A stretch of DNA of 64,000 nucleotides from a virus, in the IMG/VR virus record IMGVR_UViG_3300028384_000991, positions 64,001-128,000 of that record. One strand, written 5' to 3'. Positions 38,177 through 46,802 of the stretch are shown piece after piece. Position 1 is the first letter of the stretch. Each line of letters begins with the position of its first letter. The position numbers and the translations under genes are program-made. Under the pieces are notes generated by a model. The model did not search any database. It was not told the origin of the DNA and saw only the letters and a program-made list of their open reading frames with translations.

Positions 38177-38449
38177 TTAGCCGACGAAACTATATAAGTG
38201 CTTAACAATGCCATAAGCATATATTATTGTAAGCGTTCCGTTTAAAACAATCAATGACTTTTCTTTCCAAAGTACTCCTACGGCTGTCCAAAGTGTAGAA
38301 GCAATACCAAATCCGTATGTTGCATACATTTGATCTGGAAATGCCGAAAGTAAACCTGCTGATGTCAATAACACCGCAGTTGATAACCATGCTAATGGTT
38401 GATACGGCTTAGCCTGTGTTTTTAATTGTCTTAAAGTATTCTTTGTCAT
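38177..38449 (-). CDS. Small membrane protein
   Basis: Three hydrophobic segments. Confidence 0.7.
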   Translation of the reverse strand: MTKNTLRQLKTQAKPYQPLAWLSTAVLLTSAGLLSAFPDQMYATYGFGIASTLWTAVGVLWKEKSLIVLNGTLTIIYAYGIVKHLYSFVG

Positions 38450-38720
38450 TTTGTGCCTTGTCGTCTATCCAAATATCGTAGTGTGGTTTGCCAAAGCGTA
38501 CACTTGTGTATTTGACTCCCCATACTTGTAATTGCCTAATTGTAAATTCTTCCCAGTCTCTGCCAGAGTTTGCGCCTCTTGCTGTCCAGTAATGAATTTC
38601 ATTGCCTTCATCAAAAAGTTTGTTAAAGTGTTCGATACGTTCATTATTTGGTTCACTGTTTTCATATTTACTATCAATAGTATAACAGATTGTACCATCA
38701 ATGTCAACCATATATTTCAC
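38409..38720 (-). CDS. HAD-superfamily phosphatase
   Basis: VDIDGTI, WTARG, GKP..D.WIDDK. Confidence 0.85.
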   Translation of the reverse strand: MKYMVDIDGTICYTIDSKYENSEPNNERIEHFNKLFDEGNEIHYWTARGANSGRDWEEFTIRQLQVWGVKYTSVRFGKPHYDIWIDDKAQNDKEYFKTIKNTG

Positions 38721-39150
38721 TTTTTTGTCCTCTAATCTTCCTAAATTGTTTGTTTTCGGGATACTGCTTATAGTATCCTTTTTCTAACAATTTGTCACTT
38801 GCTTCTTTTGTTTCATCTAATTTTTGGATTACAAATAATCTAATTGTGGGATCGTTTAGATCATTTTCATAATCCATATATTTGTACTCAATAAAAAGTA
38901 AATTTCTATCCAAAAAGTATTGTGTTCGACATAATCCGAATAGTTCTTTTCCTTCATCTGGAAATTCTACATCATGTAGAACAACTAATACTGCGTGTTT
39001 GTCTTTTGGAAACTCAAACATTGTTTTCATTATGTCTAAGTATTGATCGGTGTGTATCCTTGGAACATCGCTATTGGCCCAAGGACAGCGTCCTTTTGCT
39101 AATTCTTCTAAATGCTTATCTAACCATTTATCTATTTTAGCAATGTTCAT
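38704..39150 (-). CDS. Hypothetical protein
   Basis: 148-aa ORF with CPWA motif. Confidence 0.65.
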   Translation of the reverse strand: MNIAKIDKWLDKHLEELAKGRCPWANSDVPRIHTDQYLDIMKTMFEFPKDKHAVLVVLHDVEFPDEGKELFGLCRTQYFLDRNLLFIEYKYMDYENDLNDPTIRLFVIQKLDETKEASDKLLEKGYYKQYPENKQFRKIRGQKSEIYG

Positions 39151-39151
39151 A

Positions 39152-39433
39152 TTACCACCAACCTATTGCTACTCCATATCCAAATACATTAACAAAACTA
39201 AAATAGATTGTTAATAGCATTACCCAAGCCGCTCCACGTCTATATGCGGCATATGCTTGTGTTGTACTTCCAATAAAAAATCCTGGATATACATATAGCA
39301 TATTTGGATCTCTGGCTGTTATTGCTAAAGTAAGACTTGCACCCACAGTAAAAATAAAACTGATAAGTTCAAAATAAAATGCTATCCTATCAGAATGATA
39401 ACTGTTAAGCCAAAAGTCTTTTACTTTTTGCAA
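39152..39433 (-). CDS. Small membrane protein
   Basis: Three hydrophobic helices. Confidence 0.7.
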   Translation of the reverse strand: MQKVKDFWLNSYHSDRIAFYFELISFIFTVGASLTLAITARDPNMLYVYPGFFIGSTTQAYAAYRRGAAWVMLLTIYFSFVNVFGYGVAIGWW

Positions 39434-39434
39434 A

Positions 39435-39695
39435 CTATTTGTCCTTACCGACTGTAACTACAAGTGTTTCAAGATCGTCAAACTCATCTGCAACTTTATG
39501 CCAGTCGCCTTTGTGTGCAATCTTAATTGCCTTATTGATAAGACTTGCTTTGATATCAAGTTCTTGCGATACTGCTTTTACAGTTTCTTTTAAACCTTCT
39601 TGCAAATCTTCTACTTCTCTCATTACGTTAGCGCCTTCGTTAACCAATCTTTCAAGTTTGGCTTTTTCGTCAGCACCGTATGTTCTGCTTGACAT
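39435..39695 (-). CDS. Small helical protein, T4 DsbA-like dsDNA-binding protein
   Basis: 86 aa, LKETVKAVSQELDIK...INKAIK pattern; AGGAG SD. Confidence 0.55.
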   Translation of the reverse strand: MSSRTYGADEKAKLERLVNEGANVMREVEDLQEGLKETVKAVSQELDIKASLINKAIKIAHKGDWHKVADEFDDLETLVVTVGKDK

Positions 39696-39723
39696 TAATA
39701 TACTCCTATTGTTAATGTTTATA

Positions 39724-39752
39724 ATTATATATTCGTTGTTTTAAGATGTCAA
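39724..39752 (-). promoter_or_regulatory. Sigma70-type promoter (PolB operon)
   Basis: TTGACA-17 nt-TATAAT. Confidence 0.85.
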
Positions 39753-40295
39753 TCTTTTTGTGACATCGCTTACAAGATTTTCTAATGACTGGTTTGACCA
39801 AATGTTATGATCTTTTGGTTCGTAAGCATAAATTGGTTGTATGTTTAATAACTCTGGAATGAATTCTTTTGTAATCAAATTACCAATATATAAACTTGAG
39901 CCAATCTCTGTTCCTTGTTTTACTGTAATATCGAACAAGGTAGGACCGTTAAACATCAACTGTTCAAACTCAACTGTATCTTCTGCTTCTATTTTGATTG
40001 GAAAAGGTCTTTGGATAAGTTCTTGTCCATTCCAAGTATACATCGGATGATCAATGGGTTGGTCAAATGTTACTTTACCTTTCTTACCATTGATAATTGC
40101 TGGATAGTCTACCAAACATTTTTCTAATGTAACTGTACCTTCAATAACTTCGATACGTACATTGTAACTATCATGTAGGGTAGTGTCTGTTTCAAATTCG
40201 TAAATTAAATTTGCAGTGCAGGATTCTTCTAATTTGTTGTTTATAAAAACTCTGTATACAGCATCATCAGTGCCGTAAACTTTTAACTTTCGCAT
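39741..40295 (-). CDS. Hypothetical protein
   Basis: 184-aa ORF. Confidence 0.7.
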   Translation of the reverse strand: MRKLKVYGTDDAVYRVFINNKLEESCTANLIYEFETDTTLHDSYNVRIEVIEGTVTLEKCLVDYPAIINGKKGKVTFDQPIDHPMYTWNGQELIQRPFPIKIEAEDTVEFEQLMFNGPTLFDITVKQGTEIGSSLYIGNLITKEFIPELLNIQPIYAYEPKDHNIWSNQSLENLVSDVTKRLTS

Positions 40296-40330
40296 AGCGT
40301 ACCTTTCAGTGTGTAAAAATACTTATGCGT

Positions 40331-40981
40331 TTACGTATCGAGGGTCTCGTCTTTTGACTTGTATGCCCATTCGTCTGTGTGGCCTACACTCCACTTAGGT
40401 GTGTTTTCAACTGTGTAGTTTTGTGTGCATACTTTAAAATCAGGAGTAAGTTTATCCGGAGTAACAAGACTTTGATCTGTAAATATTACTCGGTTGTTTG
40501 GTTGTGCGGCAAATTGTCCATTATCTAATTTAATAAAATTAAATGATTTGTGTTCCGGATCGTGTTCAGAGAAGTTTGTGTCTAATACACTGTTATCTCT
40601 ATGACAAGTATCAAGTGTAAACATATATTCGCCTTTGTGCATTTTACGATCTTTGCCAAAGAATTCGCAATCACACAGCATAGGCTTTTTAATTAGTGTA
40701 ATATCGTAATCAAAACAATCCCATATCTGTAAATGATCTAACGGAAGTTGGTTTTCCTTGTCGTAATCTTCTTTCCACACAAATGCTGAAATAGGTAGTT
40801 TATCATATAATGCACCATATTCTGTTAGCAGTGTTTCTATGTATAGTGCTTTAGATTGTATGCTTCTAATTGAAATCCAAATTCCAGGAGTCAGTTCACC
40901 ATGTCCTTTTTGATGATCGTATAGGTATTCTTTTTTTACATATACTTCTTGTGGTGGTAGATTGTGAACTAAGAAGGACAT
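40331..40981 (-). CDS. Hypothetical phage protein
   Basis: 216-aa ORF; GQFAAQPNNR; TAAATA at 41001-41006 upstream. Confidence 0.75.
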   Translation of the reverse strand: MSFLVHNLPPQEVYVKKEYLYDHQKGHGELTPGIWISIRSIQSKALYIETLLTEYGALYDKLPISAFVWKEDYDKENQLPLDHLQIWDCFDYDITLIKKPMLCDCEFFGKDRKMHKGEYMFTLDTCHRDNSVLDTNFSEHDPEHKSFNFIKLDNGQFAAQPNNRVIFTDQSLVTPDKLTPDFKVCTQNYTVENTPKWSVGHTDEWAYKSKDETLDT

Positions 40982-41003
40982 ATTTCCCTTTCCTTTAAGG
41001 TAT

Positions 41004-41144
41004 TTAGTTCTTTTTCTTTTTACGTCCGGCGCAATGTGCCTTCTGTGAGAACCCTTTAGGATTTGAACAGTTTATAGAGCGTTTGTACTTGGTGCTCCAT
41101 TTTTCGTAGATTTTAGATTTATCGAGAAGTTCGATGCGTTTCAT
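41004..41144 (-). CDS. 46-aa cationic two-Cys microprotein (below ORF-track cutoff)
   Basis: Manual translation MKRIELLDKSKIYEKWSTKYKRSINCSNPKGFSQKAHCAGRKKKKN; TAATG coupling to upstream gene. Confidence 0.75.
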   Translation of the reverse strand: MKRIELLDKSKIYEKWSTKYKRSINCSNPKGFSQKAHCAGRKKKKN

Positions 41145-41740
41145 TACATCTTAACGCAGTTGTCTACAGTCTTTCCACCTTTTTTCTTAGTGCCCATACG
41201 CTTGTAGCCTTTCCAGCATACTTTGCCGTCAACGCCTTTTTGCTTTTCTTCTGGGAGTGTAGTGTAACTTGGGTTACCGCAATCAGGGCAAAGACCTAAT
41301 GCGTCTTCTAACATAGATGCTAAAGAAGATTTATAAGATTCGTTTTTCTTTTTCTTGCTTCTTTCATGCACATATTTTTCATCTGTTTGCTTAGACTTTT
41401 TATCTTTAACAGCCTTTTTCATTGGCTCTTTTTTGTCGCCATCGCCGTCAATATCAATGTAGTCTGGTTTTGCTTTTTTTGCTTCTTGTACTTCGTCAAA
41501 TTTTTGTTCGTAGTCCATATGGTGATATACTGAACCCATATAGTCAGCGGCTTTGGTAATTTTGCTTTGAACCCAACCTTCAAGACCTTCACGTTCTTCA
41601 ACACCTTTTAGCATTTCGTGCATCTTAATTGCATACTTGGCAATCTTGTACAGTTCTGCACGTGCCATTTGTACTTCGTGATCTGATTCAGCCTTGTATG
41701 CTAAATCTGCTAAACCTTCTTTCAAGTGTTTCTCTCTCAT
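41144..41740 (-). CDS. Probable head-internal modular protein
   Basis: WVQSKITKAADY module, DIDGDGD, C-terminal CWKGY...NCVK. Confidence 0.6.
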   Translation of the reverse strand: MREKHLKEGLADLAYKAESDHEVQMARAELYKIAKYAIKMHEMLKGVEEREGLEGWVQSKITKAADYMGSVYHHMDYEQKFDEVQEAKKAKPDYIDIDGDGDKKEPMKKAVKDKKSKQTDEKYVHERSKKKKNESYKSSLASMLEDALGLCPDCGNPSYTTLPEEKQKGVDGKVCWKGYKRMGTKKKGGKTVDNCVKM

Positions 41741-41741
41741 G

Positions 41742-42566
41742 TTAGTTCCTCTTTACGGTTTTACCGCCCATTAAATTATTTCCCATATCTAAAGCATTTA
41801 CTGCTGTACCATCTGCTTTTTTCTTTTGTGGTGCTTTAGGTAAACCTTTTTCATCTTTTGGTCTGTGTCCATATGCTTGTAGTGGATTTGCCACTGAAGC
41901 AATGTTACCCGCTGATGTTGCACCCGCTGTTGCTACTTCTTTGATACCTGCAAGTGCTTTCATTTCGTTAGCAAAGTCTGATGTTTGTTCTTGCTGTGTG
42001 CTTGATGCATCTGATACTAATTTTGCTAACTGCATAATATGATCTGCTTCGTCTACCGGCTTGTCTTTGTCAAGTGCCGCTTTACGTTTTGTTAATTCTT
42101 TTTTAAGTTCTGGATCCTTTGCTGTGTTTGGATCCGCTTGTAAATCTTGAATTGCTTTTTTCTTAGCATCGTAATCATCTTTGTCTTTGGTAGGTGTATA
42201 GTTAGATGATTCCGGAGCCGCCGCTTGTTTTGCCGCACCCTTTTCTGCTTGTTTAACCAGCATCATAAACTTCTGACGCATTGCTTGATCACCAAGAATA
42301 GTTGTTAACTGCTTTGCAAATGGAGCAATCTGTTTAGCAAGGTTACCTTGTAATGCACCGCCTGATGCAAGTTTATCTAAACCCTTTGCCATCATAGCAC
42401 CTGAGCCACCTTTAGCACCCATAGCCGCTCCTGCCATCTTTGCACCTTGTGCTGTTTTTTGTTGTTGCTGTGGATTAGCATCTTTTACAGCATTAGCCGC
42501 TTGTGTTGCAGGTTGTTCACCGCCTGGTACTGGCGCTTCTTTTAATGTTAGTTCTCTCAGTTTCAT
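41742..42566 (-). CDS. Probable head-internal modular protein
   Basis: MKLREL start, LAGIKE, ATAGATSAGNIA module; TAAATA-5 nt-ATG. Confidence 0.6.
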   Translation of the reverse strand: MKLRELTLKEAPVPGGEQPATQAANAVKDANPQQQQKTAQGAKMAGAAMGAKGGSGAMMAKGLDKLASGGALQGNLAKQIAPFAKQLTTILGDQAMRQKFMMLVKQAEKGAAKQAAAPESSNYTPTKDKDDYDAKKKAIQDLQADPNTAKDPELKKELTKRKAALDKDKPVDEADHIMQLAKLVSDASSTQQEQTSDFANEMKALAGIKEVATAGATSAGNIASVANPLQAYGHRPKDEKGLPKAPQKKKADGTAVNALDMGNNLMGGKTVKRN

Positions 42567-42570
42567 AATA

Positions 42571-44355
42571 CTATTTACCTTTTTTGCCGCCCTTCATGTT
42601 AGCACACCAATGGTACATTTTACCCTTTTCTCCACCATATTTACGAGCCTTAGCACGTAAACTACTTACACTGCCTTTGCAACTTGCACCTGCTTTTTTG
42701 ACTCTGCCTGGGCGTGATTTACCCTTTTTCTTACCGTCTGCAAAGTTTTCTGTTATGTTTTGTACATAATCATCTAACATAACCACACGAGCCATTTCAG
42801 CACCTTGTGTTGCAAGTGCATCGTATCTGTGATGACCGTTTACAATTCTACCTCTACGATCAACTACAATAGGTTCATATGTATCTTCACGTACTTTTTT
42901 GTATTGTTTTATAAGTTTTTTGAAATCTCTATCTTTTTGCACAGGCTTAATATTAGCAAGTTTCATAACACCTTGCTTGCCATCTACATCTGAACCTTTA
43001 ATTTGCGGAGGTGCTTCACCACCTGTAGGTTCAGGATCGTAATTATGATCTTGGTATCCACTTACATCACCAACTTTATAACCTAAACGTTTTAGGTTTT
43101 TAATCATATGCTTTGCTTCTTTTTCTCCGCCAAAGAAGTTAAGATAAATGTCTTGGTCACCCATGTTAGCATCACTTGGATCTGTTTTTGCTATGTTTGC
43201 CATGTTACGACCTATTCTCATAAAGTCGTAATCAGTTGCATCTGAGTCTACTGCATAACTATTCTTTGGAAATGGTATTTCTGTACCTTCGTCTTTTTTA
43301 TTAAACTTGTGTGTGAATGCATCTTTATCTCCACGTGCCGCCGCGGCTCTTCTTGCTTTTAATTTATCTGCTACACTTGGCTCTTCTGGAGCACGTTTTT
43401 TCTTAATAGTTGCACGTTTTGGACTACGAGCAATTTGAAAACCCATAATCTCGTTTGTATCTTCTTCTGCTGGTTTGTTAAAATAATCTTTTAAACTTGA
43501 AGCAGTTCTTTCAAACTTGTGATCTTTGTGTTTAAATCCTACACCGCCTGATGCTTCCCACTTGCTTACATTTTGACCAAAGTCGTCAATTAATATGTTA
43601 GGTGTGCCGTCTGGATTTTTTGCATATGCTTGTTTGTCTGTGGTAATAATAACTTTCTTAGGTGGAAATGCTGTAAGATTTTTCTTAACCCATTCACGCT
43701 TATGAGGTTCTGCTCTATCATCATTTGCTAACGGAGCAGATAGAATATTGTATTCACCTTTAATATCTTTTATAATACTTAAAAGTTTATCTGCATTTGC
43801 AGTAGGTTTTAGTTTTAACCAAAAGTCGTCTGTATCTCTAATCTTTTGCAGTGCTTGGTCAATATTTTTAATCTGTTTCCAATCACTAACACCCATCATT
43901 TTGGTCCATTCGCCAAAGAAATCTACAAGCACACCGTCCATATCTACATAAATTTCTGAATCACTTGATAGTTCCTTACCTTTGAGTTCGTCAAGTTTAG
44001 ATTCTTTTGCCATCTTAGTTGCTGTTGCATACATAACTGCTTCAGCATCTTTACCGTAACGATCTTTAAAGTCGCTTTTGTTCTTTTTCATGCCCTTGAC
44101 GTATTTTTCTTTTTTCTTTTCTTCGCCTTTGGTTAATGAACGTTCTTCAACGCTTTCAGCCATTCCTAAGTTAAACAGTACGTTTGTGCTTGAACCTTTT
44201 ACTTTTTTGCTTAGTGTAGGCGGACGTCCATCTTTATCTACTTTGTTACCGAACTTGGCCGCTTGTTTTTTAATAGCGTCAACACCAACGTCGGGTGTAG
44301 TGTTAACACCTTTTACAACTCTACCACCATTTTCTGTTAGATCTTTGAATCTCAT
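42571..44355 (-). CDS. Mosaic protein with HAD 5'(3')-nucleotidase-like and ParB-like domains
   Basis: YVDMDGVLVDF...ILIDD; IVNGHHRY; C-terminal cationic Cys peptide. Confidence 0.7.
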   Translation of the reverse strand: MRFKDLTENGGRVVKGVNTTPDVGVDAIKKQAAKFGNKVDKDGRPPTLSKKVKGSSTNVLFNLGMAESVEERSLTKGEEKKKEKYVKGMKKNKSDFKDRYGKDAEAVMYATATKMAKESKLDELKGKELSSDSEIYVDMDGVLVDFFGEWTKMMGVSDWKQIKNIDQALQKIRDTDDFWLKLKPTANADKLLSIIKDIKGEYNILSAPLANDDRAEPHKREWVKKNLTAFPPKKVIITTDKQAYAKNPDGTPNILIDDFGQNVSKWEASGGVGFKHKDHKFERTASSLKDYFNKPAEEDTNEIMGFQIARSPKRATIKKKRAPEEPSVADKLKARRAAAARGDKDAFTHKFNKKDEGTEIPFPKNSYAVDSDATDYDFMRIGRNMANIAKTDPSDANMGDQDIYLNFFGGEKEAKHMIKNLKRLGYKVGDVSGYQDHNYDPEPTGGEAPPQIKGSDVDGKQGVMKLANIKPVQKDRDFKKLIKQYKKVREDTYEPIVVDRRGRIVNGHHRYDALATQGAEMARVVMLDDYVQNITENFADGKKKGKSRPGRVKKAGASCKGSVSSLRAKARKYGGEKGKMYHWCANMKGGKKGK

Positions 44356-44570
44356 TTTTTACGTCCTCTAAATTGAGGCATACCGCCAGTCATGTGTGGT
44401 AAACTAAACCATAGTTTGAACCAGTCTGGATCACCAGGTTTAATTCCTTTTTCTCTTTCAATGCGTCTTTTTTCAGTGCCTGTAATAGATAAGTTTTCGT
44501 CAACGGCAGTTAAACCTTTAAAACTATACTTGCCTACACCTGCTAATTGTTTAAGAGTTTCTAAATCCAT
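44352..44570 (-). CDS. Small hypothetical protein
   Basis: LKQLAGV, IKPGDPDWFKLWF. Confidence 0.7.
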   Translation of the reverse strand: MDLETLKQLAGVGKYSFKGLTAVDENLSITGTEKRRIEREKGIKPGDPDWFKLWFSLPHMTGGMPQFRGRKK

Positions 44571-45139
44571 TATGCCTCACCAAGTATTGTTGCTAAGTTA
44601 TCAAACATCTTTTTAGCATAAGGTTGTGCAGACTTAGTAACGCCTTTACTAAATGCTTCAAAGTTATTATCCATAACTGCTTGACGCATTTTACTTGCAC
44701 TCATTCCCGTTGCATCATCTGCATCTGGATTACGTGATAATCTTTCAAACTTAATTTCTTCAAAGTTAAAAAATCCGTGTGCAGACTTTTGACCGTTGTA
44801 TTTTTCTAATAGTTTACCTAACTTATCTTCACCTTCAAAGAAAGTTACTTTGGAATAACCTCTTGCATACAAATCACTTGCGGCAAACATAATATTTTTT
44901 GCAAGTTCGATCTTTACATCTGGGAAACTTTTTCTTGCCCAATCTAATTTTTCATTTGGATTTAGTGGATCTGTTGGAAGTTTTGCGGCTCTGTCTGTTA
45001 AGAAAAGAATTGCGTCACCTGGACCTTGTTTAAGTGCTTCAACAAGTAAGCCGTGTCCTGTTGTAGCCGGATTAAGTCTTCCTAAAGCAAAACTAACTTC
45101 TTTGCCCGACTGTTCAACAAACAATTCTCTTAACTGCAT
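44570..45139 (-). CDS. HIGH-superfamily nucleotidyltransferase-like protein
   Basis: GRLNPATTGH and MSASKMR motifs. Confidence 0.75.
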   Translation of the reverse strand: MQLRELFVEQSGKEVSFALGRLNPATTGHGLLVEALKQGPGDAILFLTDRAAKLPTDPLNPNEKLDWARKSFPDVKIELAKNIMFAASDLYARGYSKVTFFEGEDKLGKLLEKYNGQKSAHGFFNFEEIKFERLSRNPDADDATGMSASKMRQAVMDNNFEAFSKGVTKSAQPYAKKMFDNLATILGEA

Positions 45140-45468
45140 TAGTACTCGCCTTCTTTAAATGCTTCTACTTCCTCTTCGTAAATCATTTCTGCAAGTGATT
45201 TACGTTCATCCATTGTGATTAATTTGTTTGGATCTTGTGCGATATCATATTTTTTTACATAATGATCAACACCTTTGTTAATCATAGGTAAAATAAATTC
45301 AATTGGCTTATCAGAGTCACCTTTGTTGTAACACTCTTGACATTTAGCCATTGTTGGATAATATAATTGTCTATAAAATGTAGCATCATCTCTCATATGA
45401 CAAAGCAAATCACTTGGAACATCATATGAAGGATTATCTTCTCTATCTAAAATATCATCAAATTTCAT
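45139..45468 (-). CDS. Hypothetical protein
   Basis: 109-aa coupled ORF, FYRQLYYP. Confidence 0.7.
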   Translation of the reverse strand: MKFDDILDREDNPSYDVPSDLLCHMRDDATFYRQLYYPTMAKCQECYNKGDSDKPIEFILPMINKGVDHYVKKYDIAQDPNKLITMDERKSLAEMIYEEEVEAFKEGEY

Positions 45469-45469
45469 A

Positions 45470-46114
45470 TTACCACTTCCTGCAAGACCAATATCTTGCC
45501 TTATGTCTCGGACCTGGATTGTCGCAGTTGTGTCTTGCTCTAAATGAGCGTCTACGTGCAGGATTAGACTTTTTAATCTTCATATTAGGATCACCAAAAT
45601 TAACCTTAACTACGTTGCCTTTTGGATTCTTAACATATACTTTAAACTTCTTAACATCGCCTTGCATAGGCTTACCAAGTTTGACTTTACGTCCTTGATA
45701 TTCTGCTTCGTCTACTATATCGTCCTCGTTAAACCATAGTTCGCCGTATGCATTATAAAAGTCGTCACCGTCATATGTTTCTTCATCAATGTCAGCAAGT
45801 TCTTTGATTCTTGCTAATTCATCTGATTCGCCATATGGATCTTCTGCTACAGTGCCACAATTCACGCACTTATCACCATAATGCATTCCACTTTCTTCAC
45901 CTTGGTCCAACAACAAATTATCTAATGCGCCTTCGCCTGTTTCACCATCTGCTACTAAATCTTGATTGTCTGCTTCCCAGTCGTCAATGTATTCTTGTTT
46001 TTCTTGGGGAGTCATTTTAAATTCATTTTCACCGCCACACTTTTTGCAGTTCCAAGTGTATCCATAATCGTCATCTGTATCTTCAGCGAGATAATCTCTA
46101 AATTTTTTAGTCAT
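45470..46114 (-). CDS. Protein with acidic Zn-ribbon N-terminus and basic C-terminal module
   Basis: CKKC...CVNC; AEYQGRKV...SFRARHNC...RYWSC; TAAATA at 46148-46153. Confidence 0.7.
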   Translation of the reverse strand: MTKKFRDYLAEDTDDDYGYTWNCKKCGGENEFKMTPQEKQEYIDDWEADNQDLVADGETGEGALDNLLLDQGEESGMHYGDKCVNCGTVAEDPYGESDELARIKELADIDEETYDGDDFYNAYGELWFNEDDIVDEAEYQGRKVKLGKPMQGDVKKFKVYVKNPKGNVVKVNFGDPNMKIKKSNPARRRSFRARHNCDNPGPRHKARYWSCRKW

Positions 46115-46164
46115 ATGATCGCACCCTTTATAATACGTATTATAAAGTATTTATCACAGTTTGT

Positions 46165-46434
46165 CTATACAGAGATTTCGATATCGAACTTAGAAAACCC
46201 TAAATCAAACAGTCTATTTGCTATTCTTTCAGCAACAGCATTAGATTCTGCTTCATCTAACTGCTTGTGGGTATCAATAGTAAGCACTGTTTCGCCTTTA
46301 TCGGACTCATATACTTCATATAGTGCTTCTGATTCTGTTAGTGCTTCGTCTGTGCAGTTTAACACTTGTTCAGCAACAATAGCATCAACATCTTCTTGTT
46401 TGCCTTGCCATACAATATTAATAAAATTACTCAT
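46165..46434 (-). CDS. Acidic hypothetical protein
   Basis: 89 aa, AGGAG SD. Confidence 0.7.
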   Translation of the reverse strand: MSNFINIVWQGKQEDVDAIVAEQVLNCTDEALTESEALYEVYESDKGETVLTIDTHKQLDEAESNAVAERIANRLFDLGFSKFDIEISV

Positions 46435-46442
46435 AATAACTC

Positions 46443-46784
46443 CTAATGGTTTAACAAGATGCTGTTAATAGTACCATCTGTGTAAACTACTTTTGCTCTA
46501 ACCCATACAAAGTTACCAGTGAAATTAGCATATTTGCTGTCAGTTTCTTGTGCGGCTGTGTATGAATGCACTTCAAACCAGTCATCAGCATTAGGTGTAG
46601 TAGCAAGTGACGCTTCTATACTAATTGTTCCTGTTAATCCGGAATAACTGTATTGTACAGTATGAACACCGTCTGCTCTGCTGTAATATCCGTCACCCTT
46701 GTACTTGTCTCCGGTAATAGTTTCAACTGAACTATCGCCTGGATGAGTATTTGCTGATAAAATTATTTCACTGTTACTTGGCAT
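46443..46784 (-). CDS. Hypothetical beta-rich protein (possibly virion)
   Basis: 113 aa, NFTGNFVWVRA; TAAATA-5 nt-ATG. Confidence 0.7.
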   Translation of the reverse strand: MPSNSEIILSANTHPGDSSVETITGDKYKGDGYYSRADGVHTVQYSYSGLTGTISIEASLATTPNADDWFEVHSYTAAQETDSKYANFTGNFVWVRAKVVYTDGTINSILLNH

Positions 46785-46802
46785 ACAACTATTTATCTAA
46801 AT

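Noticed and set aside
22249-41604. Other same-strand alternative-frame ORFs (22249-22473, 26297-26524, 31460-31663, 38465-38707, 41419-41604)
   Set aside because: 61-80 aa, wholly nested, with no coupling or SD; compatible with chance
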